From Diadema antillarum (lineage: Eukaryota), in NCBI RefSeq assembly GCF_040938485.1, contig NW_027270890.1, positions 2,976,001 to 3,040,000 of the forward strand: a stretch of DNA of 64,000 nt. Reading direction: 5' to 3'. Made by a program: the position numbers and the translations under genes. Below the pieces are notes generated by a model that was not told the DNA's origin, ran no database searches, and worked only from the letters and a program-made list of their open reading frames with translations. Below, piece by piece: positions 1 through 10,903 of the stretch. The stretch's first letter is position 1. Every line of letters starts with the position of its first letter.

Positions 1-1242
1 AGGTTCCATATCCACCACTGAATTTCATGGATGCTTTCTCTTGATAAGGTCATATGCCTATCGAAATGTCCCTTGTTCCTTGCAAGGGCAAGAATCTTGT
101 CTTTCTCTAAGGCTCTATAATAGAGAGGGCCATATTGTACTGCTGGGAATGATGCCACTAGTTGTCCAATAACCTTTGCAACTGTTCTGATAACAGGTTT
201 CTCAGTAGCCAACAGTTCTTTACAAGACTGCTTTATGTTCTCCTGTTTTTCTTTTGGAAGACTAACACTCATATCCAGAGTGTTCAGATTGAAACCCAGA
301 AAGGTAATCTCATGAGTAGGCTCTAAAACTGATTTTTCAGGGTGAACAATAAACCCCAAATTTGATAGCAACTTAGTAGTTGCGCTCACTGCTGCCTGCA
401 TTTCCTCGGCAGTTTTTGCAATGATAAGTGTATCATCTAGATATGCAATTACAATGTGGCCCTGCTCCCTGAGCGTTGCCAAAACAGGCTTTAGCAGTTT
501 TGTAAAGAGCCTTGGTGCTGAACTAAGCCCATTGGGAAGTGCTTGAAATTGCCATAACCTTCCCTGCCATGTAAATCTCAGGAATTTTCGAGAATCTGGG
601 TGGATAGGAACCGTGAAGTATGCGTCTCGGAGATCGACTGAAGCTAAATAATCTCCCGGAGAAATAAGCGGTATAGAGAGCTGTCTTGATATTATCCATC
701 TTAAAATGCTGATACAAAATACTCTTGTTTAATTCTGTCAAATCCAAGATGACCCTGAGGCCGCCATTCTTCTTTGGCCTTGTGAAAATATTTGATATGA
801 ATTCCCCTTCTACATGTTCACATGCTTCTATGACATTTTTCTCAACCAGCTTGTTGATTTCTTCCTGAATCGAGGCCATTTCCTCAGAATTTCTTTTGAA
901 TTCATGAAGGGGTTTTTCCCTACAAGGGGGATATTTAGCTGGGTCAAATTCAAGCTTGTAGCCCTGTACAGCTTGCAAAATATATGTATCAGATGTAAGC
1001 TCTCCCCAGTTGTGCATATGTAGCTTCAGTCGACCTCCGACTGCAATATCATTGACATTAGATGTTATTGTCTCCCTTACCTCATCACTGTTTGGGAGTT
1101 GCTCTATTTCATCCTGCCCTGCCCTTGGCCGAGCTTCCGGTACTGTGGGGCTTGGCGTCCCTCTCGAGACGCTGTCGGGGTAAACGTATGGGGAGCTTGT
1201 GGGGTCCTCTTCCTCCACTGGTTTCGTTGGCCTAAAAAAGGC
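1..1242 (-). pseudogene. pol: DIRS pol (reverse transcriptase), one net +1 frameshift near 670; open to window edge
   Basis: Frame opens at 1242 after TAG and reads ..PKKNGGLRVILDLTELN..FKMDNIKTA. It continues in another frame: LISPGDYLASVDLRDAYFTVPIHPDSRKFLRFTWQGRLWQFQALPNGLSSAPRLFTKLLKPVLATLREQGHIVIAYLDDTLII..HPEKSVLEPTHEITFLGF..EIQWWIWN with no further stop to position 2. Confidence 0.88.
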
Positions 1243-2477
1243 CTAGATGTGCTCCCTGACGAATCCGCGTAGGATGTCCGCGACACCCAACCAGCTTCCT
1301 TGTATCTGCGTTGAGACCCTTGGCTTGGGTAGGGGTGATAGGCCGGCTTGGGTCTTTTAAACCCGCCTCTCATCACTCCGGCCGCCGCTTTGTGCTGGTC
1401 TTGCAAGTCCTTTACTTGCTTGCCCAAGTCATCCCCAAAGAGATACTTGGTTACTGGGTTTGTTGGTTTGCAGAGATGAGTAAATTTCGTGTTCAGATCC
1501 GGCTTGATCAATTCTTTACGAAGAGCATTCATCTCAAAGTTTGCGTTGCACAACAAAGCTAGAACGTCTTGCTGTTCGGGAGATATGTTGCTTGGATCGA
1601 GCAGGCTGACATAAGCCGAGATACCTCTTGTTAGGGATTTTTGGACCCTCTGAAGTTTCACATCCTTCGTACGAACAGGGGCAGAGAGGTTGTCCCAGAT
1701 CGTCTGATTCACTTTCGGGGTGTCGATCCCTCGACAGTTCGACGGCACTGGGTATTTGCTACTTGTCTCATCGAGCACTTTCTCTTCCAGATGATGGCTC
1801 ATCAAGTAGTTGACAGAGCTTGCTAGCTCCTCATCAAGAGGCTGTCCAATATCTGATGCCACCGCAAATTTAGCAGCAAAAGCTGGTACTGTCTGTGCTT
1901 CTGCCCTATCCACGCACGACTCCAGCTCTGAGCTATGCCCTGCACTCAAGGCATGCACCATGTCATCATCCTCAATATCCATTTCTTCTGTATGTGCCAA
2001 GTCATAATCTGCACTAACGCTAGAAGCAGAGGCTGAATCACTTCCACTGCGATCAAGATGTCGGTCTGGCTGTGCATGTCCCATGCCTGCCACCCCTTCC
2101 CTTTTACTGGGAAGAGCCTCCATGAACTGACAGAGCAAGCCTTCGAGTCTATCAAGACGACTGTTTACGGTCCCAAAGTTATCATTTGTCAACTTTGACG
2201 AGTTAGATTTCGTAGCAATCCGAGGCCGAGTCGCCGCTACCGCCGCGCGGTCGCCAGCCTCCATCACCGCCGGTACTCCCCGTCCACGGCCCGTGTTAGC
2301 AGCCGTACCTTTCGCTGCCGCTGCGCGGTCAGCTTGGCTAGCACTCACCGCCTGTTGTGACTCCATTGCTGCTCTGTTTTCGCCCGAAGATTCTGCCGCT
2401 GCGCGGTCAGTTTTCTTCTCTTTGTTTTCTTTTTCCGCGGCCACGCCAGCGGATCTTCTATCCTTCTGTTCTTTCAT
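1104..2477 (-). CDS. gag: DIRS Gag-like protein (ORF1)
   Basis: Open frame 2585-1104; the ORF-track start at 2585 is GTG and the first ATG is 2477 (MKEQKDRR). C-terminal half (TPKVNQTIWDNL..KDVKLQRVQKSL..LRKELIKPDLN..YLFGDDL) resembles DIRS1-family gag. Confidence 0.8.
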   Translation of the reverse strand: MKEQKDRRSAGVAAEKENKEKKTDRAAAESSGENRAAMESQQAVSASQADRAAAAKGTAANTGRGRGVPAVMEAGDRAAVAATRPRIATKSNSSKLTNDNFGTVNSRLDRLEGLLCQFMEALPSKREGVAGMGHAQPDRHLDRSGSDSASASSVSADYDLAHTEEMDIEDDDMVHALSAGHSSELESCVDRAEAQTVPAFAAKFAVASDIGQPLDEELASSVNYLMSHHLEEKVLDETSSKYPVPSNCRGIDTPKVNQTIWDNLSAPVRTKDVKLQRVQKSLTRGISAYVSLLDPSNISPEQQDVLALLCNANFEMNALRKELIKPDLNTKFTHLCKPTNPVTKYLFGDDLGKQVKDLQDQHKAAAGVMRGGFKRPKPAYHPYPSQGSQRRYKEAGWVSRTSYADSSGSTSRPFLGQRNQWRKRTPQAPHTFTPTASREGRQAPQYRKLGQGQGRMK

Positions 2478-2828
2478 TATTCTGATAAGTCCGAAAGGAA
2501 GAATTTCCGCGAAATTCTTGAATATTCGAGGGTTGTGAAAAATCCTTTTCACACACACAAAACGCGCCAACGAATTGCCACACACGTGACCAGCGGGATC
2601 TCATATTACACCCGATGAGACATGTAGTCTCGATCGGAGACTTACGTAATAAAATGCCATTTTTATGTCTACCTTCCCAAGATGAAAAATTCATTTTCCT
2701 TTAAGACCTTTTCAAAGCAATAGAAAAACTGAAAGACAAATTGATAGTTCATCACTATAGCAAAAAAAAAAAAAAAATCAGCAGAAACCAATTTCCATTA
2801 ACAAATATATATGTATTATCCATCTATC

Positions 2829-2863
<35 letters not shown>

Positions 2864-4841
2864 GTATACAAAATGCATGACAAAAATAGATGAGAAAATA
2901 CGGGAAGTAAACACAAAAACAAATAGAAGCTTTCTTATTGCATCCAGTTACGTGAAACACCTTGCATATTCAAAACTACTTTACACCTAATTCCATAAGA
3001 CAAACCATCATTGTATAGCACTATCACATTTCTACATGAATGAACAAGAATTTGATGTCTCTACACATACACAAGCTTTTAAAACTCCCTTCTTTCTAAC
3101 GACGCAAACATTTGTTGGCACAATGAAGTGTTTGTCTGGTTTGTCTGTTTCTTTAATTTGTCTGTCTGTCAGCCTGTCTATGTGTCTGGTGATTTTCCTG
3201 TGTGCCAAGAGAGAGTGGGAGGGTATTGAGAGAGAGAGAGAATTCACTAGGGAGGTGGATAACAACAGTGTCAAGAGATGAAAATATCTACTACAAGATG
3301 ATGAAATGTCACGAGAAAAAATGAAACACGATGAGGCACCTGATAGTTGGTGTTTTTTGTGGCCACACATCACGAGACTCATAGAAGGTCACACACTTTG
3401 ATTCCCATTTGCCCCTGAAGACATGTTTTAGTCCGAGATGGCTTGTTTTTTTATTAGTTTCTGTTATTTCTTGAACGAGTAATCGCTCTTCTTTTATATA
3501 TCTGTAAATAAACTATATCACATACATGTGGTATTTTTTGTATAGTCCTTGTATACTCACATTTTGGTGTTTTAATCTCCCCATCCCATAGCTGAAGAGG
3601 GTGCAGAAGTAAAGTACCAATGTACAATATGTATATTCTACAAAACTTAGGCAGTCAGGAACAGCAGTATTCTAACAGTGAATTGGTCATGACTCAAATA
3701 CGCTTTGATAGGGTGATCCAAGTTCCAAGATAATCTGATAATCCCTCCATAGCAGTGGCTGTAGTTTCTAAATCACTCTTTGTCTCACAAGCAATAAAGA
3801 ATGAGTCAGTTCTCTATGAATAGACCCATACTTCAAAGCCTGGTTTTCTGCAGAAGTAACTTTAACAGCAGTAGGATTTTGCATTTATTAGTTGATTGGA
3901 TGAGGAACATCCAGTTTTGATGTAAAGTTCTATCATTTGAAGAAGCAGAGAATCTCTTCTTTTGCCATTTGATTATTTAACTCTCCCTTCAGTTGGGTAA
4001 CAAAAAACATACCTATTTAATTTAGCATACAATTAATCAATAACTTCATTTATCTATCAGACCTATCAACAGAAGTATAAACAGAAATAGATGTAAATTA
4101 ACCCAAATAGAACAGCACATATTGGTGTAAATGAATATGCACAAATAGAAAAGCACATAATAAATACAAATTGTAAGAAATTGTAAGGGTGAAAGCTGAA
4201 AGTAGATTTGCCAAAAAGTAAGAGTGTAGAAAGTCAGGCCGAGAGATGTTGAAAGAAAGAGAGAAAAAAAAAATGTTCAACATTTTTTAAAGGTAAAGTT
4301 ATGCATGTGAGAAAAAGAAGTGTGAAAGAAAGTAAAAATATGTAAAAGGAAAAAGAAATAAAACTTATCTCTTCCTAGTTATATTACCTCTTTATGATGA
4401 TATATTGAAACTATGAAAAGTCATGTTAGTATAAAGACCACATTTAACGGTGGCTGAAAATGCTACTAACACATCAATTGAGATCGGTAGACTGCATTAG
4501 CCAAAAAGCAAAAAGGAATATATACACAGGTAGAAAAATTTGGGGAATATTGAATTAACACCTATATGAAACCAAAAACTAGGTATCTTAAGTTAGAGTT
4601 GAGAATGCAGTGATGATATTGAGGTTTTTTTGAAAAAATCAGAAATCAGAAATTTCAGGTGATTTTGATATATGAAAATAGCAAAATGTGTACTGATTTA
4701 AGGGGAAAAAAATCTGAAATCAGATTCAAATCTACAGAATATCATGCCTAAGAATGTCAAGTGAGACGGACAATATGGTATAATAATCAAAGAGAAACAC
4801 TGCTGAAATCTTGTATGACAAAAACTCAAATGAAGTACGGC

Positions 4842-4859
4842 AAGAAGAAGAAGAAGAAG

Positions 4860-4900
<41 letters not shown>
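4842..4900. repeat. Compound (AAG)n-(AG)n microsatellite
   Basis: Directly visible. Confidence 0.95.
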
Positions 4901-4907
<7 letters not shown>

Positions 4908-4991
4908 AGAGAATATGTGACAGAATGCTTGGAAGTGAAATACAATCTTGCTGCAATCTTACAGTGTGGATCTTTTTTGTAATCTATAAGT

Positions 4992-5238
4992 AAAGAGTTT
5001 CATTGCAAAATGAGTTAAGCGCCTTTTTCAAACATTTCAAAGTAAGTTCATCATCAGATAGAGCAAAATGAAACCTTTCCAGTAATACCTCACTTGTAAC
5101 ATAACAAGGAATATTCTATAAGCTACGATTAAAAATATCCTGTATTTTCTTATCATTTTCTTTGTTTTTAGAAGCTTTCATCACAAATACGTCAACTCAA
5201 CAAGAATGGAGTTAGCTCATTTTGCGATAAAAGTCTTT
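4992..5238. mobile_element. ~248-bp MITE, GAAGAG-terminal family (subfamily 2)
   Basis: Degenerate TIR AAAGAG..GTCTTT; 4-bp TSD AAGT; collinear with 7820, 17614 and 58798 copies. Confidence 0.8.
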
Positions 5239-5940
5239 AAGTGTTTCTGACTAAGTTCCTATGGGATTGACTTTACATCCAGGAAAGAGGCCTATCTCTT
5301 CTATAATTCAAAAGATCAAAAAAAGTACAGCCCTGAAACCGGTTCCAAATTTTAACAATATACACCGTTTGTCTATATTTCTCTCTTTCCCCAATAATGA
5401 ATGAAATCAAGGTGGAATAAATCCGGTTCAAGGATTTTTATAAAGACATCCAGGGGTCATATGTCATCACAAAGAATCTCCAAAGATTACATTATCAAGA
5501 TGACCCCTAAATTAACTGTGACATGGTAACCCTTCTCAAGTCTCCGTCACTGTAAGGGACCCTGTGATGGCTGGAAGGGGAAATGATATCACCAGTCTTT
5601 GGCATCAAGGACTATATTAGCTACACAGAGGAGACTTATGCCTTCTCAAATGTAATTGGCAGGAACTTAAGTCACCAGAAGGTATCATGTATTTCTGGGT
5701 TATATTTTTCTTCTATCATCTCAAATCCTATTGGTCATCAGATTACTCAGTCTTGTTCCTATCTCCCGAGGAAATCAACTCAAGAGATGTTTTTCCGAGA
5801 GTTATTGGGGTCGACAAAAGGACATCAATTTTCCAGAGAGTATGGATAATAGTATTGTTGTCTTCCTTTCCTTGCGGAATTTGAATCACATGAACTTGGA
5901 AAGTTTTCCCAGGAAGCTGCTACACATGACTAATATACAG

Positions 5941-6108
5941 GGCCCCATTTCATAACAACTTGCTGTGATAGCAACTCTCGTGACATGGCAAGTGTAATGG
6001 CAAGTGTCGTGGAAATGACAAGAATTCAGCTTCCTGATTGGCTGTTGCGAAGAGAAGTTGTCATTCCAGCAAGAGTTGCTATCCTAACATCTTTAAAGAA
6101 ATGGGACC
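5941..6108. mobile_element. PIF/Harbinger-like MITE
   Basis: TIR GGCCCCATTTC..GAAATGGGACC; flanks CAG/CAA; homologous to 42468-42632. Confidence 0.75.
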
Positions 6109-7819
6109 CAAGTCATTTGCCCTGTGATAGAGTTTTGGGACAATTAAACATTAAGTAATACATATATGTATAATGGGAAAACTGCTTCAATATACAAAAT
6201 ACATGGCAAGAACAAGAGCAGCAACAAAAAGTCCTCATCTAATGTATTTCAGAGAATGACATTTGGTGAAAAAAAAAAGCTTCAGTGTCGATCATGAAGG
6301 ATTATTGGTATAGGTTGCATATCACTCGACATATTCTTTGCTTTTTGCGATGGTTTTATTTCATAAATTCAGAAGTTTACTGATATTCCCGAACTACTAA
6401 CATGCATAAAACTGAGAAAAGTGCTGTGATATTGTCTCCTAGGTGAAAAGAGACAAATCATCTTTGTCGTCTTTTGATCAGTGACAACACTTATATCTAC
6501 ACCCATTACTATATTTTTTCTCTCATGGAAGGAACCATTCCTAAACTTGTTTTTACAAGTCTTCATTCATAGGATATTATAGTTGTATGCTTGTGATTTC
6601 ACTACACACTCTTTCAAACAGAAAGAGTTTCTTTTTTTTCACTAAAACTATGAAATCTTTGAACTGCACCTGCGATACAACTGTCCAAGCACAAGTTGAA
6701 TTTCAAAGCAGGTTACTAATCTTTGGAATCAGTCCTTTCTTCTGTGCTTGCCATATTCATTAACATCCACCTGCTCCCCCCCCCCCCCCTAAAAAAAAGA
6801 AGAGGCTATTCCTTCCCAAAGTCTAAAACTGTATGACTGAATGCCCGTGGGGAGAACCTCAAACTTTCCTATTAATTTCCTCCGAGAGTAATAAAAATTA
6901 TTTCACAGAGGAGCGGTTGACTGTCCAGCTCTATGAAGGGAAATCAGGTACTTATCACAGGTTTCGTGCAGGGGTAATTGAATCTTTAATAAGCATTTTC
7001 ACAGGAACGTACTCATTTGGAAATAAATGAAATGGAGGAGAGACCTCCCAGAAGTACCTGTGTTGCTACAGCAATGCATTAAAGTAATTTCCTCTTATTT
7101 CCCTGTTGAGGTGAATGGCATTGAAAATCTCAAAGGGTTGCAACTATGGCTTTCTATTCATAACTGTGTATTTTTATTCTTGTTTAATGAAATAATGCGA
7201 TACCTGCAGACAGGTCTTTTGGATCACTACACTTTCTACCGATTTCATTAGACTTGGTACGGAGAATGAAGAAAAAATAATTTTCATGATCGATGAAAGT
7301 TTTAGACAAAAGATGAGGAAAGTTAGATTTATAGTCTACAGTATGTAAATGATACTTGGCATTTATTTTTTGCTGGAACACTGTTAGTTCATTTCTTCAC
7401 AGAAAGATACTTTCAGGTATGATATCTTGAAGGCACTCCAATAAATCATTCCCATGTGCAAACATTTCTATAAAATAAAGACAAATTACTCCAATTACCA
7501 CGTAATATAGTAAAATAATATATGCTAATATTCTTATGAACACTATTTGAAGTAACGGATGAATGCTCACTGATAAAAATGTACTCTGTAGGCTATGAGC
7601 ATGGTGTTTAGTTAAGCCAAAAATAACTGACTGGTGAAATGAAACAGCCATATGTAAGATGGCAAATTTTATGACCTTCCTCTCTATGTTTTGTGTTCTT
7701 TTACTTAACCCATCACCTTCTGCACCCTTCTGGGCCCTGTATAAAGTATATGGGGCTTTAAGAACCTCATAGTGTGCAGGTTAATGTCAATCTTTGGTGG
7801 ACAACTAATATCTACACAT

Positions 7820-8067
7820 GAAGAGTTTGATAGCAAAATGGGTTAAGCACTATTTTTGAATATTTTTAACTAGGTCCGCCATCAGATAGGGCAACATCAA
7901 ACCTTTCAAATGATACCTCTTTGTTGCATAACAAACAATATTCCTGCAGTTAAGATGAAAAAATCTCATATTTTCTTGTCATTTTATTTGCTTTTTGGCA
8001 AAGGTTTAAACACAATTATCTCAATCTGACCAAAATGGAGTAAACTCGTTTTGCTATGAAACTCTTC
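7820..8067. mobile_element. ~248-bp GAAGAG MITE (subfamily 2)
   Basis: GAAGAGTTT..AAACTCTTC; flanks ACAT/ATAT. Confidence 0.75.
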
Positions 8068-9887
8068 ATATATTTCTACAAGTAAAGTTCATCAATTACT
8101 TCATGAACCTCCATAATATCAGAATTGTGCAAAAATTGAATTTCTCCCACTGTCATAAAGAAATTGCAGTGTAACAAATCTTGGTTACAAGCATCTCTTA
8201 GATGCACTTAAAACCCTTCTATAAATTCATTCATTAATTACAAATTATTTTCTTCTTTTTTCTTGTCTACATCTAGGAATTTTCTACTGAGCACCTAATA
8301 TGAGGATGTATTTTTTTTCTTATATTTTCATCTGACATTGGCACATCATTATGTGATAAATGTTCCACCACATGAACTGATGTTCCACGCTTTGATGACT
8401 GCATTTCTGTTCAAGCCGACACCCATCTCTTATGTACAGCTGATGCCCTATCCACAACTACTGCATCACATTATTCTGTATCTACAGCACTCACAATACC
8501 TCTAGAAATAAACTTGGGATGAGAATTATAAAAAACAGATAGTCCTCAGAGAGTCCTTTTCTGATCTGATGGGAAACATCCATTGAGATAAAGACTAACA
8601 TGAACCTGCTACATGATCATCTAGAATTCTTTTCTATCACAAAGAAAAAAAAAGGCTTCTGCATCCAAATATTGCCATGGCAATGACTGGGATGCCACTG
8701 CCCAGTATTATTGCAGCTCGCTGTGGGTTTTACTTTTCTTACACACATTAAAGTCAATGATTGATTGCAATTTCATCATCTTCTTGTGGAGAATGTAAAT
8801 GTTACTTACAGCTGGAATCAAAGAAAATACAGGAATATTCATACAGGCAGAAACTGGGAACTGGTATAAAAACACATTTTATTTTAATTACAGCAAGTAA
8901 ACTAATATAAAAAATATGACTTTTGAAATCCACATTTGTCTAAGAATGATACATAATATACAGTTGTTTATCACAATTAAAACATTCTCATAAGATTAGT
9001 AGATTCTGGTGAATGTCACAGAATCAAGCACAGCATAGGCAAATTCTACACTAACCTTAACAATTCATTACAGTAAAACAAATCGAATAATGTAGGACAA
9101 AAAAGTAATAGTGTTTAGTGCATGCTTCTGTTACTTACAACAATAAAACCGTCAATCGTGTTTACTGTTCACTGTACAATTCATTGCATTCTTATCAATG
9201 ATGGTCATTTTGTTTATTACAAAGTGATACAATAATTTAGTGGAGAAGGTACAAAAAAAAAATCCATTTCTAACAGTCAATGAAGCAAATGTACAGATTC
9301 AATTTAATGGATTTGATAGTTGGCTACATGGAAAATGACAACAAGAATACTCAATGCAAAATTACTCTTTGCAGCTGTTCTAGAAATTGATTTGATAACT
9401 AACTCCTTCCAGGGAAAATTTTCTTTACCTAGATACTTAAAATTGCTAAATTTTCCACTATGCAGAACACATTGCCATTATCAAAAAGACAAGTACAAAT
9501 GTGTGATACACAAATCATCAGCATTTATGAGTTTGAAGTATACATTGCAAGCACATGCACAAGTCATGTTATATTCCAAGATTTAAATACCTTGCATCTC
9601 CTCAATCTTGACTTCACATCACATCACATCACAGATAAATAATCCATGCAGAATACAGGCTCGTTATATCAAACGCCTCTCTGTAGTTCTTTGTACACTG
9701 TATCATGTCTTGTTTACATTTGTCAGTTTGTTATTAAAAAAGTTAAAAAAACAGACAAACATACTTCATCCAAACACTGTGCAGAAACAGTGAATCAGGA
9801 GACAAAGAGACAAAAATTCATCAAATATTGCAAAAAACAAAAATTTTATCAATTGACATACATTTCACTCAACATTGGTCCTTCTTA

Positions 9888-10102
9888 TACTGTACGAGCT
9901 GAAATTTTCACGTACAGATATTTTCGCGAATTGCCACTTGGAGGACATCTTCGCTTGTTGTTAATTTCGCGGTTGCAAGGGTCTATCTGAACTTAGTTAT
10001 TCGCGCGTTATTATTTTCATGTGTTGTTATTTTCGCGGTTCAAAGACGATTCGCGAAATTCGCGAAAATAAAACCACCACAAAAATTTCAGCTCATGCAG
10101 TA
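9888..10102. mobile_element. TACTGT-terminal MITE (TA target, Tc1/mariner-like by inference)
   Basis: TACTGTACGAGCTGAAATTTT..AAAATTTCAGCTCATGCAGTA; CGCG-rich interior. Confidence 0.75.
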
Positions 10103-10765
10103 TTCAAAATGTTATAGATCCATCAAGAAAAAAAAAAGAGAAAATCCTCCAAACACTCCATGCATTTATAAACAATCTGTCATTCATTGACATCACTGTT
10201 CACACCATGTATCATTAAAATAGTTGAGAGTTACACAAGGTATAGAAACATATTAAAAGTATTAGATAAAGACAGAATAAAATAAGGGGGAACCTGCCAT
10301 AGAAAAGAAAATGTAGCACATCATATGAACTTGTAAGCATGCTTTCACAAAACAAACAATTGTTTTCTGGTGGCAATTTTGTTTCACAATCAAATGTATC
10401 TATTATAGTTGTACTTGTGACAAACTCTCCTCTTGTGTTATCTTCATGCATATAATACTGTGATTCCATTTGCAATGTGCTCTAAACACACACACACAAA
10501 TCCATGAAGATCCACAATCTATCAGAATTAAGGTTGCAACAAAAAATAAATTGCTCATGTTAACATTAATGTTCAACTGTTTGTCATTCTATACGAGCAA
10601 AGATAACCACACCGATCCACACATCTTGAATCAGAAAGTGTTAGTTTCACAAGAAATTGACAATGTAAAGTGATGACTAACATTGTGAAGTACATTCATG
10701 GCAGACATACTCCTTCATCAGTGAGTGACATGTTATGAGGTGATATGTGGACAAGATTTACTCAC

Positions 10766-10903
10766 GTTGGACTGTGACATAAATGCTGCCCTCTACAGGT
10801 CCGGCCACACACATGTAGGCTCCTGTGTCCGTTTCCTGCAGGTTGCTGATCACAAGACGTGTCTCACCCAGGGACGGACTCTCCACCCGAATCCTACCAA
10901 AGT
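10766..10903 (-). CDS. Exon Ig14 C-half (last exon recognised; has a GTGAGT donor, so the gene continues)
   Basis: 138 nt, phase 1-1, not in ORF track: FGRIRVESPSLGETRLVISNLQETDTGAYMCVAGPVEGSIYVTVQ. Confidence 0.92.

Larger units (their letters stand above)
1..2700 (-). mobile_element. DIRS1-like (tyrosine-recombinase class) retrotransposon, 5' part; truncated by window edge
   Basis: Gag-like ORF followed by an overlapping RT frame with DIRS-type N-terminus (VGGRL..HNW.ELTSDTYILQAVQGYKLEF) and motifs DLRDAYFTVPI, LPNGLSSAPRLFTK, YLDD. Imperfect terminal hairpin at 2651-2697. RNaseH and YR not in window. 5' boundary approximate. Confidence 0.9.

Noticed and set aside
7397-7651. Hydrophobic ORF as the missing transmembrane exon
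   Set aside because: Very AT-rich Ile/Tyr/Phe run with no suitable phase-1 acceptor or basic stop-transfer residues.
8620-8720. Sushi-like SCNNTGQWHPSHC frame downstream of the gene
   Set aside because: Upstream of the AG is purine-rich (poor acceptor) and the frame soon ends; likely chance.
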